Virus record (IMG/VR): IMGVR_UViG_3300048793_000029
Span: 1 to 64,000 of that record
Direction: 5' to 3' (one strand)
From: a virus
DNA length: 64,000 bases
The number at the start of each line of letters is the position of its first letter. Within the stretch, counting starts at the first letter, position 1. Made by a program: the position numbers and the translations under genes. The notes beneath the pieces were generated by a model, which did no database searches, had not been told where the DNA came from, and worked only from the letters and a program-made list of their open reading frames with translations. Shown one piece after another: positions 1 through 7,817 of this stretch.

Positions 1-135
1 CGTCCCCGTCCCCGGACCCGTCCCCGTACCCGGACCCGTCCCCGTACCCGGACCCGTCCCCGTCCCCGGACCCGTCCCCGTACCCGGACCCGTACCCGTA
101 CCCGGACCCGTACCCGGACCCGGACCCGGACCCGT
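1..135 (-). repeat. 6-bp tandem repeat (GGGTCC/GGGTAC/GGGGAC) coding Gly-Ser/Tyr/Asp
   Basis: Directly visible as cccgtc/cccgga/cccgta iterations on the + strand. Confidence 0.95.
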
Positions 136-190
136 AAAACTCTGTAGGCACCTTCCCTTGGACTATCGCGACCACGGGGCAATCTCCCAT
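1..190 (-). CDS. Gly-X repeat protein (G-S/G-Y/G-D), truncated by the window edge
   Basis: Manual translation from ATG at 190: MGDCPVVAIVQGKVPTEFYGSGSGSGYGSGYGYGSGYGDG..., open to base 1; overlaps the end of the upstream gene. Not in the ORF track. Confidence 0.65.
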   Translation of the reverse strand, partial: MGDCPVVAIVQGKVPTEFYGSGSGSGYGSGYGYGSGYGDGSGDGDGSGYGDGSGYGDGSGDGD

Positions 191-471
191 GCTTTCGTTG
201 CTTCCTCAGAGCATTCCGCCACGCAAGTAATATCCCGAAGTTCAATGTCCGCTGCTGGGCCGATCTTGGCCCCGTCAACCGGACCCATCGAGGCGAGGCC
301 GAGGAAGCCCTTATTGGCTGCCGGCCAATAAATGCAGTTGCGAGCGCGGCGAAGTTTAATGGTCGCGCCATTGGTCTTTTTGGCGTAGCCAAAGAAAACC
401 CCGCGATGCGAAGTTGTCACCATGACGGCCCGCTCGCCGGTCCGCTTGGTACGATTAGGGTGCGTATTCAT
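163..471 (-). CDS. Small phage protein, DUF6948-like
   Basis: VMVTTSHRGVFFGY...LRRARNCIYW motif recalled for this family, which often neighbours Gly-repeat genes. Confidence 0.6.
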   Translation of the reverse strand: MNTHPNRTKRTGERAVMVTTSHRGVFFGYAKKTNGATIKLRRARNCIYWPAANKGFLGLASMGPVDGAKIGPAADIELRDITCVAECSEEATKAWEIAPWSR

Positions 472-549
472 TTCCAGTTCTCCGCCCCTGAAAATCCCCG
501 AGGCGCGGGATAAAGTCAGCTTCCATGTTCTGTCGTCACAGTGGTTTGA

Positions 550-768
550 CTACGGCGCGTAGTCCGCTTTAATTTGCTCGCGCACGGCGCGGTCGTCTGC
601 CTCAAGATCGTCGCCGCCAAGTTCAAGCATTTGGTCGATCTGTTCGAGCAGAATCCACACATCGACACGCAGGCGTTTAACCTCGTCTCGCAAGACTTCG
701 GCAGCCTGTTTATAATCCGCCAAATCCTGTGCGTCGGTGTTTCTTAGTACGTCCAAGTCAACCTCCAT
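550..768 (-). CDS. Hypothetical protein
   Basis: 72-aa ORF co-oriented with neighbours, helical/acidic. Confidence 0.5.
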   Translation of the reverse strand: MEVDLDVLRNTDAQDLADYKQAAEVLRDEVKRLRVDVWILLEQIDQMLELGGDDLEADDRAVREQIKADYAP

Positions 769-1064
769 AGTTCCGTATTAGTATGAGTCATTCCTTCAAA
801 GCTTCACGGGCAATTTTACCCACATAAATTCGGCCATCCTCCGCGTTCGCCCAAGGCGCATCATCTGGGTCACATTCATTGGCAATATCTGTTAGCACCG
901 CCCGCAGCCGCGCGTTGTCGCGCTCAAGAGCGTGCGCCTCTTTAGAGGCGGCATCTAATATCTGGTAAAGCGCGGCACTAATTTGTCAGCCTCCCTAATG
1001 TCCCGATACAGTAGTTCACCGAACTACCCAGCTCCGTAGATATCATAGCTCATTTTAGCGCTGT

Positions 1065-2057
1065 CTACAACCCATTCGGCTGATAAAGCACAATCTTCGA
1101 TCCGTCATCGTTGATACGTACGCCAACTTCAATCAAGCCACGCATAGCCTCGCGTAATTTAGCCCGCTCGCCTGGCCCCACCATGAACAGCATGAAGCCG
1201 CCAGCTCCGGCCCCCAGCAGCTTGCCGCCCCAGGCCCCCGCGGCCAGACCGGTCTGGTAGATCTCGTCTATCTTTGCATCAGATATGTTGGGCGCCAATT
1301 CGCGCTTGAACATCCACGAGTGGTGCAGCATCTCTCCTAAGTAGCTCAGCGGTGCGTCGGATGCCAGTAGCCCAAGACCGTCGTCTACCATCTTCTGCAT
1401 AACCAGCAAGCGGCCGGCATTAACCTTGGCACGCGCTATCTGGGCACCCGCCACCTCACTGGCGATGCGGCTAAAGCCGGTGAAGTATAGCGCCAGCGAC
1501 GCCTCAAACTCCTTGCGCCGCTCTTCCTTCAGGATGACGGGTTGCACCGAGTAGGCGCGATCGGGGTAGAACTCAATCTTGTTGAGGCCGCCGTAGGCCG
1601 CCCAGATCTGGTCCTGGCAGCCGACGTTCTCCTTGATAACTTCCTGTTCGACGTGGATGGCGTTGTCGGCCAGTACACGCTTGGTGATCATCGAGCCGTT
1701 GAGCGCCGTCATGGCGTTGATAAGGCCGACGGTAAAGGCGGACGAAGAGCCCATGCCGGACTTCGCTGGGATGTCGGCGTCGTGGTGGATCTCGAGGCCT
1801 TGCCTGGCGTCGAGAGTTTGGAGAACAGCCTTGACTGATGGGTGAACAATGTCGTGATTATCTTTAACCAGCTCGATTTTGGTGTAGGCCACGCGGCTGC
1901 GGTGCTCGAAGAACGGTGGTAGCCTGCGCACGGTGATCCAGCAGTATTTGTCGATGGCAAAGCCCAGCACCGCGCCACCATGCTCCTTGAAGTGGGCCGG
2001 GTAATCGGTGCCGCCGCCGAACAGGCTGACGCGGAATGGGGTCTTGGAGATGATCAT
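1065..2057 (-). CDS. GHMP-family sugar kinase (HddA-like heptose-7-phosphate kinase)
   Basis: MIISKTPFRVSLFGGGTD N-terminus, PAKSGMGSSSA ATP motif, GCQDQ, GGKLLGAGAGGF loop. Confidence 0.9.
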   Translation of the reverse strand: MIISKTPFRVSLFGGGTDYPAHFKEHGGAVLGFAIDKYCWITVRRLPPFFEHRSRVAYTKIELVKDNHDIVHPSVKAVLQTLDARQGLEIHHDADIPAKSGMGSSSAFTVGLINAMTALNGSMITKRVLADNAIHVEQEVIKENVGCQDQIWAAYGGLNKIEFYPDRAYSVQPVILKEERRKEFEASLALYFTGFSRIASEVAGAQIARAKVNAGRLLVMQKMVDDGLGLLASDAPLSYLGEMLHHSWMFKRELAPNISDAKIDEIYQTGLAAGAWGGKLLGAGAGGFMLFMVGPGERAKLREAMRGLIEVGVRINDDGSKIVLYQPNGL

Positions 2058-2404
2058 TTAACTACTATTTCAATAACGACAGGAATTGCATCATTGACGC
2101 TCTCGCGGTCTAGGATTTCGCGCAGGACTGCCATTCCGGTCTCTGTTTTCTTTTCGACGATGGGGCGGAAGCGTGAAGCCCGCCAATGCGGTTCCCCGAA
2201 GGCTGTATGATTATTGGTCCATCCCTCGTGATTTTTAACCTCCTCAAGACGAATTGAAATTATGGAAGGATCGCCAAGGGACGGGCCGATATCGCGTACA
2301 GTGTACGTTTGTCCGGCCATAGGCACTGCATAGCCAAGCAGTTCATTCCAACCCATGTCGCTATCATCCACGCACACTACCTTCTGCCCAACGTGAAATG
2401 CCAT
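2054..2404 (-). CDS. Hypothetical phage protein (MAFHVGQKVVCVDD...)
   Basis: Start moved to ATG 2404 behind AGGAG; the upstream part of the track ORF overlaps the epimerase. Confidence 0.65.
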   Translation of the reverse strand: MAFHVGQKVVCVDDSDMGWNELLGYAVPMAGQTYTVRDIGPSLGDPSIISIRLEEVKNHEGWTNNHTAFGEPHWRASRFRPIVEKKTETGMAVLREILDRESVNDAIPVVIEIVVK

Positions 2405-2414
2405 CTTAGTTCTC

Positions 2415-3344
2415 CTATGCGTTCCTGTATTTTTCATCTCGTAGCATCTGATACCCTTTGACCAGCTCCTCAATCCCCTGATCCAGCGACCGCGTCGCCC
2501 GCCAGCCGGTGGCCTCGATCTTGGCGTTGCTGACCACGTAGTCGCGCTTGTCCGGGTCTTCCCCCACGTCGGCGCCGACGAAGAACAGCTCCGGCACATG
2601 CTGCTTTATCTTGACCACTAGCTCGCGCTTGCTGATGTTGGCCGAGCTGAGGCCGACGTTGTAGACCTGGCCCCTCATGACGTCGAACTTATTCAATGCG
2701 TGCGTGAAGGCGTCCGCCACGTCGCGGACGTGGACGTAGTTGCGCCGGAAATGCTCCTCAAACAGCACGATAAAGCGGTCGCGCACGGCGCGGTAGACGA
2801 AGTCATTAACAAGGAGATCCAGCCTCATCCGCGGGCTCATGCCGAATACGGTGGCCAACCGCAAGCTGATGGAGTTCTGGCGGGACATGGCTGTTTCTTC
2901 GGCTTGGACCTTCAACTTGCCGTAAAGAGATACTGGCTTCAACGGAGACTCCTCGGTGCATTCGCCGTCAGTGCCTATACCGTACCCACTGTTCGTTACT
3001 GGAATAACGAGGAGTTGAGAGTCTCCCATCAAATGGCACAACGTTCTGACGGCGACGTAATTTGTCGAATAAGCCGCCGCATAGTCAGCGTCACAGGCCG
3101 GAGCACCTACGATGGCAGCCAACGGCAATACGGCATCAGCATGGAGGAGTAACGGCATCAGTGTTGCCTCGCTCCTCGCATCCCCCCGCACAATCTCCAG
3201 TTTGATATTGTGGCACAGGTGCGCCAGCGAGCACTGACCGTACATAAAGTTGTCTAGCACAGTGACGCGGCGGCCTTTGGCCAGCAACTGCTCGACGAGG
3301 ATGCTGCCAATATAGCCGGCGCCGCCGGTCACTAATATATTCAT
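2415..3344 (-). CDS. NAD-dependent nucleotide-sugar epimerase/dehydratase/reductase (extended SDR)
   Basis: MNILVTGGAGYIGS Rossmann motif, YGKLK (YxxxK), RNYVHVRDVA; start moved to 3344. Confidence 0.92.
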   Translation of the reverse strand: MNILVTGGAGYIGSILVEQLLAKGRRVTVLDNFMYGQCSLAHLCHNIKLEIVRGDARSEATLMPLLLHADAVLPLAAIVGAPACDADYAAAYSTNYVAVRTLCHLMGDSQLLVIPVTNSGYGIGTDGECTEESPLKPVSLYGKLKVQAEETAMSRQNSISLRLATVFGMSPRMRLDLLVNDFVYRAVRDRFIVLFEEHFRRNYVHVRDVADAFTHALNKFDVMRGQVYNVGLSSANISKRELVVKIKQHVPELFFVGADVGEDPDKRDYVVSNAKIEATGWRATRSLDQGIEELVKGYQMLRDEKYRNA

Positions 3345-3541
3345 GCCACCACCCATACCAGCCCGATGGCAGTCATCGCCAATGCCAGCCAGGCGATGCG
3401 GTTGGCCACCATCTCCTTGGACCTCTCGGTCATACCAAGAGCGGCTGCTATGGACGAGCACTCGTCGCCGCAGCGGCACGTCAGATGGAAGTCGTCCATC
3501 TCTAGCATCGTCTCGTACTTGTGAATGTGAAATGGGCTCAT
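3341..3541 (-). CDS. Small membrane protein
   Basis: C-terminal hydrophobic helix; ATGA-type overlaps with neighbours. Confidence 0.5.
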   Translation of the reverse strand: MSPFHIHKYETMLEMDDFHLTCRCGDECSSIAAALGMTERSKEMVANRIAWLALAMTAIGLVWVVA

Positions 3542-3660
3542 CGGAACCACCATCCGACGTGGCCAATGTGAAAGCCGAAGACCAGGGTAGCCACCGCAAG
3601 CATGACAACGATCACCACGCAGTGGTTGACGAAGTAGATAAGTCGCTCTGCGTTTTTCAT
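3538..3660 (-). CDS. 40-aa hydrophobic peptide
   Basis: Manual translation MKNAERLIYFVNHCVVIVVMLAVATLVFGFHIGHVGWWFR; fills the gap with ATGA overlaps on both sides. Confidence 0.5.
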   Translation of the reverse strand: MKNAERLIYFVNHCVVIVVMLAVATLVFGFHIGHVGWWFR

Positions 3661-4781
3661 TCCAGTACCTCCTTCATGACGCCTACCGCCAGTTCGATTA
3701 GCTCAGGGATGGGGTAGGGCGCATTTCCAATGAACAAGCCGGCGCGGTGGATGCGATCGGCGTTGGGCGTTAACTGGTCGGCCCAGGGCTTGCCGATTGG
3801 GTGTTTGGTAAAACTGCCTCCGGTTGGCAAGCGGCAATCAACTCCGTTGGCACGAAGTGCGGCTACAAGCGGCGAGCGTTGCGCAGGGTCATTCAAAGAG
3901 AACGACATGCCGAATGGATTCGCCGTTCCTTCCATGACTTGCATAGTTATCGGCAGGCCCTTGGTAACCTCCACAAACGTATTCCAATTCTGGCGACGCG
4001 CCGTTCGGTACAGTGGCAACTTCTTGAGCTGCTCGCGCTGCACTGCGGAGTTTATCTCCAGCGGTCGCACGTTGAAGGCGGAACTAATTGCGAAGCAGTA
4101 TTCGTCCTCGAACTTAGTGGCTTTCTGCACGTCACGGGTCCAGCCGTGGCTGCGAATCATCTTGCACAAGCGATTAATTTCCACGTCGTCGGTAAGAATA
4201 GCACCGCCTTCTATTCCAGAAATTTGATGCGACATGAACATCGACAACGTACTAATGTCGGCCAACGTTCCGATCTTGTGACCGCTTTCGGTAACGGCTC
4301 CGATCGACTCACAAGCGTCCTCGATGCAGTAACTGCCATTTCTTCTCGCGTCGAGAAGCCATTCATCGATATGAGATGGATTGCCGAGAATGGGGCAGCT
4401 AACAACTAGCCTTGCTTGCTGGTAGTTGTACGGCAGAGCGTTCCACGTCTCGTCTATGTCGGCGACAATCAAGTTGAGACCGTAGAGAATCAGCGGCGAC
4501 CAAGTGGTGGCCCAAGCGATAGATGGAACGACGGCAAGGTCACCACGCTTCAGAGGATTGTTCTGGATATGAAATAGCGCAGCAACGGCGATCAAGTTGG
4601 CGCTCGATCCTGAATTTGTGGCCACGCAGAAGTTGCGGCCGTGAAAGGTGGCAAGTTCCGATTCCAGCGCTTCGGTCTCGGGGCCGTAGGTGAACCAGCC
4701 ACTTGCAACGACACGCTGGATGGCTTCTTGTTCTTCCGTTGCCCATGCGGTGAAGCCTGTGGGATATTTATAAACCGTCAT
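3657..4781 (-). CDS. DegT/DnrJ-fold PLP enzyme, ColD/E1-like NDP-4-keto-6-deoxysugar 3-dehydratase
   Basis: NSGSSANL, IEDACESIG, SMFMSHQISGIEGG (His at the usual Schiff-base Lys, as in ColD/E1), HGWTR, FNVRPLE. Confidence 0.8.
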   Translation of the reverse strand: MTVYKYPTGFTAWATEEQEAIQRVVASGWFTYGPETEALESELATFHGRNFCVATNSGSSANLIAVAALFHIQNNPLKRGDLAVVPSIAWATTWSPLILYGLNLIVADIDETWNALPYNYQQARLVVSCPILGNPSHIDEWLLDARRNGSYCIEDACESIGAVTESGHKIGTLADISTLSMFMSHQISGIEGGAILTDDVEINRLCKMIRSHGWTRDVQKATKFEDEYCFAISSAFNVRPLEINSAVQREQLKKLPLYRTARRQNWNTFVEVTKGLPITMQVMEGTANPFGMSFSLNDPAQRSPLVAALRANGVDCRLPTGGSFTKHPIGKPWADQLTPNADRIHRAGLFIGNAPYPIPELIELAVGVMKEVLE

Positions 4782-4782
4782 C

Positions 4783-5160
4783 TCACTTCCCTACTTGCCT
4801 AAGCGCATCCTGGGCCATGAACGCTGCGCGTATCATGCAGCTATCCCGTCCGGTCTCGGGCCACTCCGGGTGGTCCCAGCACCACACCTTCCACGCTGGC
4901 CGGCAGGCGCTGGCAAACAACATGAAAGTGGATTCGAGATCCTCGTCATGCGAGGAATAAGAGCCGCTTCGGCCTTGAGTTAGTAGGCACGTTTGAAGTT
5001 CTCTCTCAAACTTCTGCGATATCAAAAATCTTTCGCCTTGCGACATTGCAGAGACTTGTGCCGTCACGGGAACCACGGGACCTGCCGTCAGGAACATGCC
5101 AGTTAAGGCGATCAGGACTGTCACCGCGATGATCAGAAGATTTTTTAGGTAGCTGGTCAT
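4783..5160 (-). CDS. Hypothetical protein with N-terminal signal/TM segment
   Basis: Hydrophobic N-terminus LLIIAVTVLIALTGMF; AGGAG upstream of ATG 5160. Confidence 0.55.
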   Translation of the reverse strand: MTSYLKNLLIIAVTVLIALTGMFLTAGPVVPVTAQVSAMSQGERFLISQKFERELQTCLLTQGRSGSYSSHDEDLESTFMLFASACRPAWKVWCWDHPEWPETGRDSCMIRAAFMAQDALRQVGK

Positions 5161-5168
5161 AATCGCTC

Positions 5169-7007
5169 CTACGTCACCACATTCGGCATAGTCGGCTTCA
5201 GCCAACCTTCGACCGGCTCGATGGTCATGTTCTTGCGAAACTCGGCGCGCGGCAGGTACGGGTAAAGATCCTCAATTGGCGTTTTCCATCCGACCACGCG
5301 CGGCTCATAGGTGTGATAGTCGTAGCACTCGACGATACAGATCATCGACTTGGAGTGCGCCAGCAGGACGTTGATCGCCGCGCCCATATCCTTCAGCACG
5401 CCGTCATGCTGCCCTCCAATTCTGATTACGTCCATCCCATAGGCTTGCGCCACTCGCTCGAAGTCCGGCGGGTTATAGCCCTTCGGCCCGCAGGCCTCGG
5501 CGCGACCCTCGAAGTTAGTCTCCTGGAACGCCTTGGTGATGCCGTAGATGCGATTATCGAGGATGATGGTCTTGACCACCGCGCCGTAATTGATCAGCGT
5601 CTGGATCTCCTGGAGGTTCATATTAAAGCCGCCATCGCCGATGACGCAGATGATAGTCTTGGTCGGGTCGGCGAACCAGGCTCCCAGTGCGCCGGCAAAC
5701 GAGAAGCCCATCGGGCTGTTGCCATTGTTGGTAATGAAGCGCTGGCCGCGCTTGGTCTCGAAGGCGTGGGACAGCACCACAATGTTGCCGCCGCAGTCGC
5801 CAACCAGAATTGTTTCTGGACTGCACTTTTCGGATAGCGTTTCGACGAAGGTATAGAAGTCGCAGCCGGCCCTAACCTTCTTGGCGGGCCGCGCCGGGTA
5901 CTGCCTCTGCCAGCCGCGGCATTGCGCCAGCCAATCGGCGTGGCGTGGCTGGTAGCCCTCCAACGCGGCAGCCAGCCTCGCCAGGTAAAGCCGAACGTCG
6001 CAGCGGGTACTGACGTCGAACGGCACCTGCTGCAGCTCACGCCGCGTCAGCGCCGGGTCGATGTCGACGAGGTACTTCTTGGCTGCACGCGCCCAGGTCT
6101 CCGGCGCACCGCCGGTTATCCGGCCCGATATTCTTGAGCCCACGGCCAATAAGAGATCTGAATTTTGCAGGCCGAAGTTGCGCCCTGCGCCGCCGTAGGT
6201 GCCGATACGGCCGCCGTACCAAGGCAGGTCGGAGGTGACGACGTCGAGGGCATTCCAAGTCGGGTAGCAAGGGATCTGCAGCAGCCCGGCCACTTCGAGG
6301 AATAGGTCGACCGCGCCGGCCGAGCGGACGCCGCCGCCAACCAGCAGCACGGGCCGCTCGCTTTGTTCGAGGTCGATGACGAAGTCACTCACGTCGCGGT
6401 CTATCTCGGCTACCGACGCGGAGGCATTGAGCAGATCGCGGTTCTCGGCATCACGAATATCAAAGCTTTCAAGTGTGTCAGGATCAATCATGGCCTGCTG
6501 GACGTCGATCGGCAGGTCGAGCAGCACCGGGCCGGGGCGGCCGTGCTGACAGAGGAATAAAGCTCGCTCCAGCTCGTAGCGAATGCGGGCTGGATCGGTG
6601 ACCATTGTGGCCGACTTGGTCACCGGCTTGAACATGGAAATCACATCGGCCTCTTGAAAGCCAATCTGGCGAAGCGAAGGATCTGGCCGCAGGAACCGAG
6701 TCTTGATCTGGCCGGTGATGAAGATGGCCGGTACGCTGTCGTAGAAGCAGTTACCAGCTGGAGTTATTAAATTCATAGCGCCGGGACCGGAAGTCGCGAT
6801 CGCCAGCCCCGGTACGCCCCTTATTTTAGAAAACCCCTCGGCAGCAAAACCAGCAGCTTGTTCAACCATACAAGCAACGTAGGAGATCTGGTTTGTCCTT
6901 GTAAAAGCGTCTACCAAATCACCGTTGGCCGATCCGTACACGAGAAAGGCGTGACTGATGCCGTGGGCAGCAAGCGTGTTGATTATATAGTCTGCAACTT
7001 TGATCAT
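5169..7007 (-). CDS. Thiamine-diphosphate-dependent enzyme (acetolactate synthase-like/YerE-like)
   Basis: EQAAGFAAEG (catalytic Glu), TSGPGAMN, GFQE, GRPGPVLLDLP, GDGGF...N ThDP motif. Confidence 0.9.
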   Translation of the reverse strand: MIKVADYIINTLAAHGISHAFLVYGSANGDLVDAFTRTNQISYVACMVEQAAGFAAEGFSKIRGVPGLAIATSGPGAMNLITPAGNCFYDSVPAIFITGQIKTRFLRPDPSLRQIGFQEADVISMFKPVTKSATMVTDPARIRYELERALFLCQHGRPGPVLLDLPIDVQQAMIDPDTLESFDIRDAENRDLLNASASVAEIDRDVSDFVIDLEQSERPVLLVGGGVRSAGAVDLFLEVAGLLQIPCYPTWNALDVVTSDLPWYGGRIGTYGGAGRNFGLQNSDLLLAVGSRISGRITGGAPETWARAAKKYLVDIDPALTRRELQQVPFDVSTRCDVRLYLARLAAALEGYQPRHADWLAQCRGWQRQYPARPAKKVRAGCDFYTFVETLSEKCSPETILVGDCGGNIVVLSHAFETKRGQRFITNNGNSPMGFSFAGALGAWFADPTKTIICVIGDGGFNMNLQEIQTLINYGAVVKTIILDNRIYGITKAFQETNFEGRAEACGPKGYNPPDFERVAQAYGMDVIRIGGQHDGVLKDMGAAINVLLAHSKSMICIVECYDYHTYEPRVVGWKTPIEDLYPYLPRAEFRKNMTIEPVEGWLKPTMPNVVT

Positions 7008-7012
7008 GTTTT

Positions 7013-7068
7013 GCCTGCTTTGCTAAGCTCCGCTGCGCTGCATTTGGCTTCGCTGTGCTATGCCTGCT
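7013..7068 (-). repeat. Single pentamer-coded unit (AGCAGGC + 9 x NN-AGY), putative guide RNA
   Basis: Minus strand: agc aggc AT agc AC agc GA agc CA aat GC agc GC agc GG agc TT agc AA agc aggc. Confidence 0.85.
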
Positions 7069-7511
7069 TAGGCCTCCATCCTTGCCTCTCCCTTTTTCTT
7101 ATCCTGTTGACGCCTGATCTTGGCAACTTCCGACCAGATTGGCTTAAGGGCCTTGAGGCGCTCGTATTTCGTTTCGATGCGGTGCAGCTCATTCAAGGCA
7201 TCGGCCATCATAATGTCCTTGAGCGACTTGTCCCGAAGGACTTCCTCGATGTCACGGTAGCCGCCGCCTTCCTTTGGCCGGTCCAAGCTGAGCGAGACAA
7301 ACTTCCGTTCACCGTCCTTGAAAGTAATGTGAACGGCGATCAGTTGCCTTACCTGCCAAAGCCGATATTCGTGGCCAGCCTTGCTGTTATTCCATTCCAG
7401 CCGCTTGTACAGGTCCGAATCTGGATGCGCCTTGGACCACTCAAGAACTTCTTCAGCAATCAGAAGTTCTTTGCCGTTCTTTATCTCTAGTAATTCACTC
7501 TCGATGCTCAT
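7068..7511 (-). CDS. Partner protein of the Cas7-like/pentamer-array module
   Basis: 147-aa ORF with AAGGAG RBS, lying between repeat units; motif HPDSDLYKRLEWNNSKAGHEYRLWQVRQLI. Confidence 0.75.
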   Translation of the reverse strand: MSIESELLEIKNGKELLIAEEVLEWSKAHPDSDLYKRLEWNNSKAGHEYRLWQVRQLIAVHITFKDGERKFVSLSLDRPKEGGGYRDIEEVLRDKSLKDIMMADALNELHRIETKYERLKALKPIWSEVAKIRRQQDKKKGEARMEA

Positions 7512-7530
7512 TTTGTAACTCCTTTGGTTT

Positions 7531-7817
7531 GCCCGCTTTGGTTTGCTTTGCTGAACTGTGTTCAGCTATGCTGGGATTGGCTACGCCTGCTTTGGTTTGC
7601 TGCACTTTGCTGAACTGATCTGTGCTGAGCTACGCTACGCCTGCTTTGCCGCGCTTCTCAATGCTTGACTTTGCTTGGCTACACTCGGTTTTGCTATGCC
7701 TGCTTTGCTTTGCCGCACTGGGCTCATCTGAGCTGTGAGGCGCTCTGCTGGGCTGAGCTTAGCCTGCTTTGCTGCACTTGGCTGGGCCACGCTTCGATAA
7801 GCTGTGCTACGCCTGCT
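7531..7817 (-). repeat. Array of five pentamer-coded units (NN-AGY)n delimited by AGCAGGC; putative non-coding guide RNA array
   Basis: Delimiter gcctgct on + at 7585, 7639, 7698, 7762, 7811 and degenerate gcccgct at 7531; spacings 54, 54, 59, 64, 49 are all 4+5n. Confidence 0.9.

Noticed and set aside
788-1060. Possible small or degraded gene (…LDAASKEAHALERDNARLRAVL…)
   Set aside because: The open frame lacks a canonical start; cannot distinguish a pseudogene from a non-AUG start
5169-7007. ilvB for branched-chain amino-acid synthesis
   Set aside because: No small subunit or other ilv genes; the neighbours are nucleotide-sugar enzymes
7531-7817. Canonical CRISPR array
   Set aside because: The constant part is only 7 nt plus interspersed triplets; no 23-47-bp direct repeats with unique spacers and no cas1/cas2
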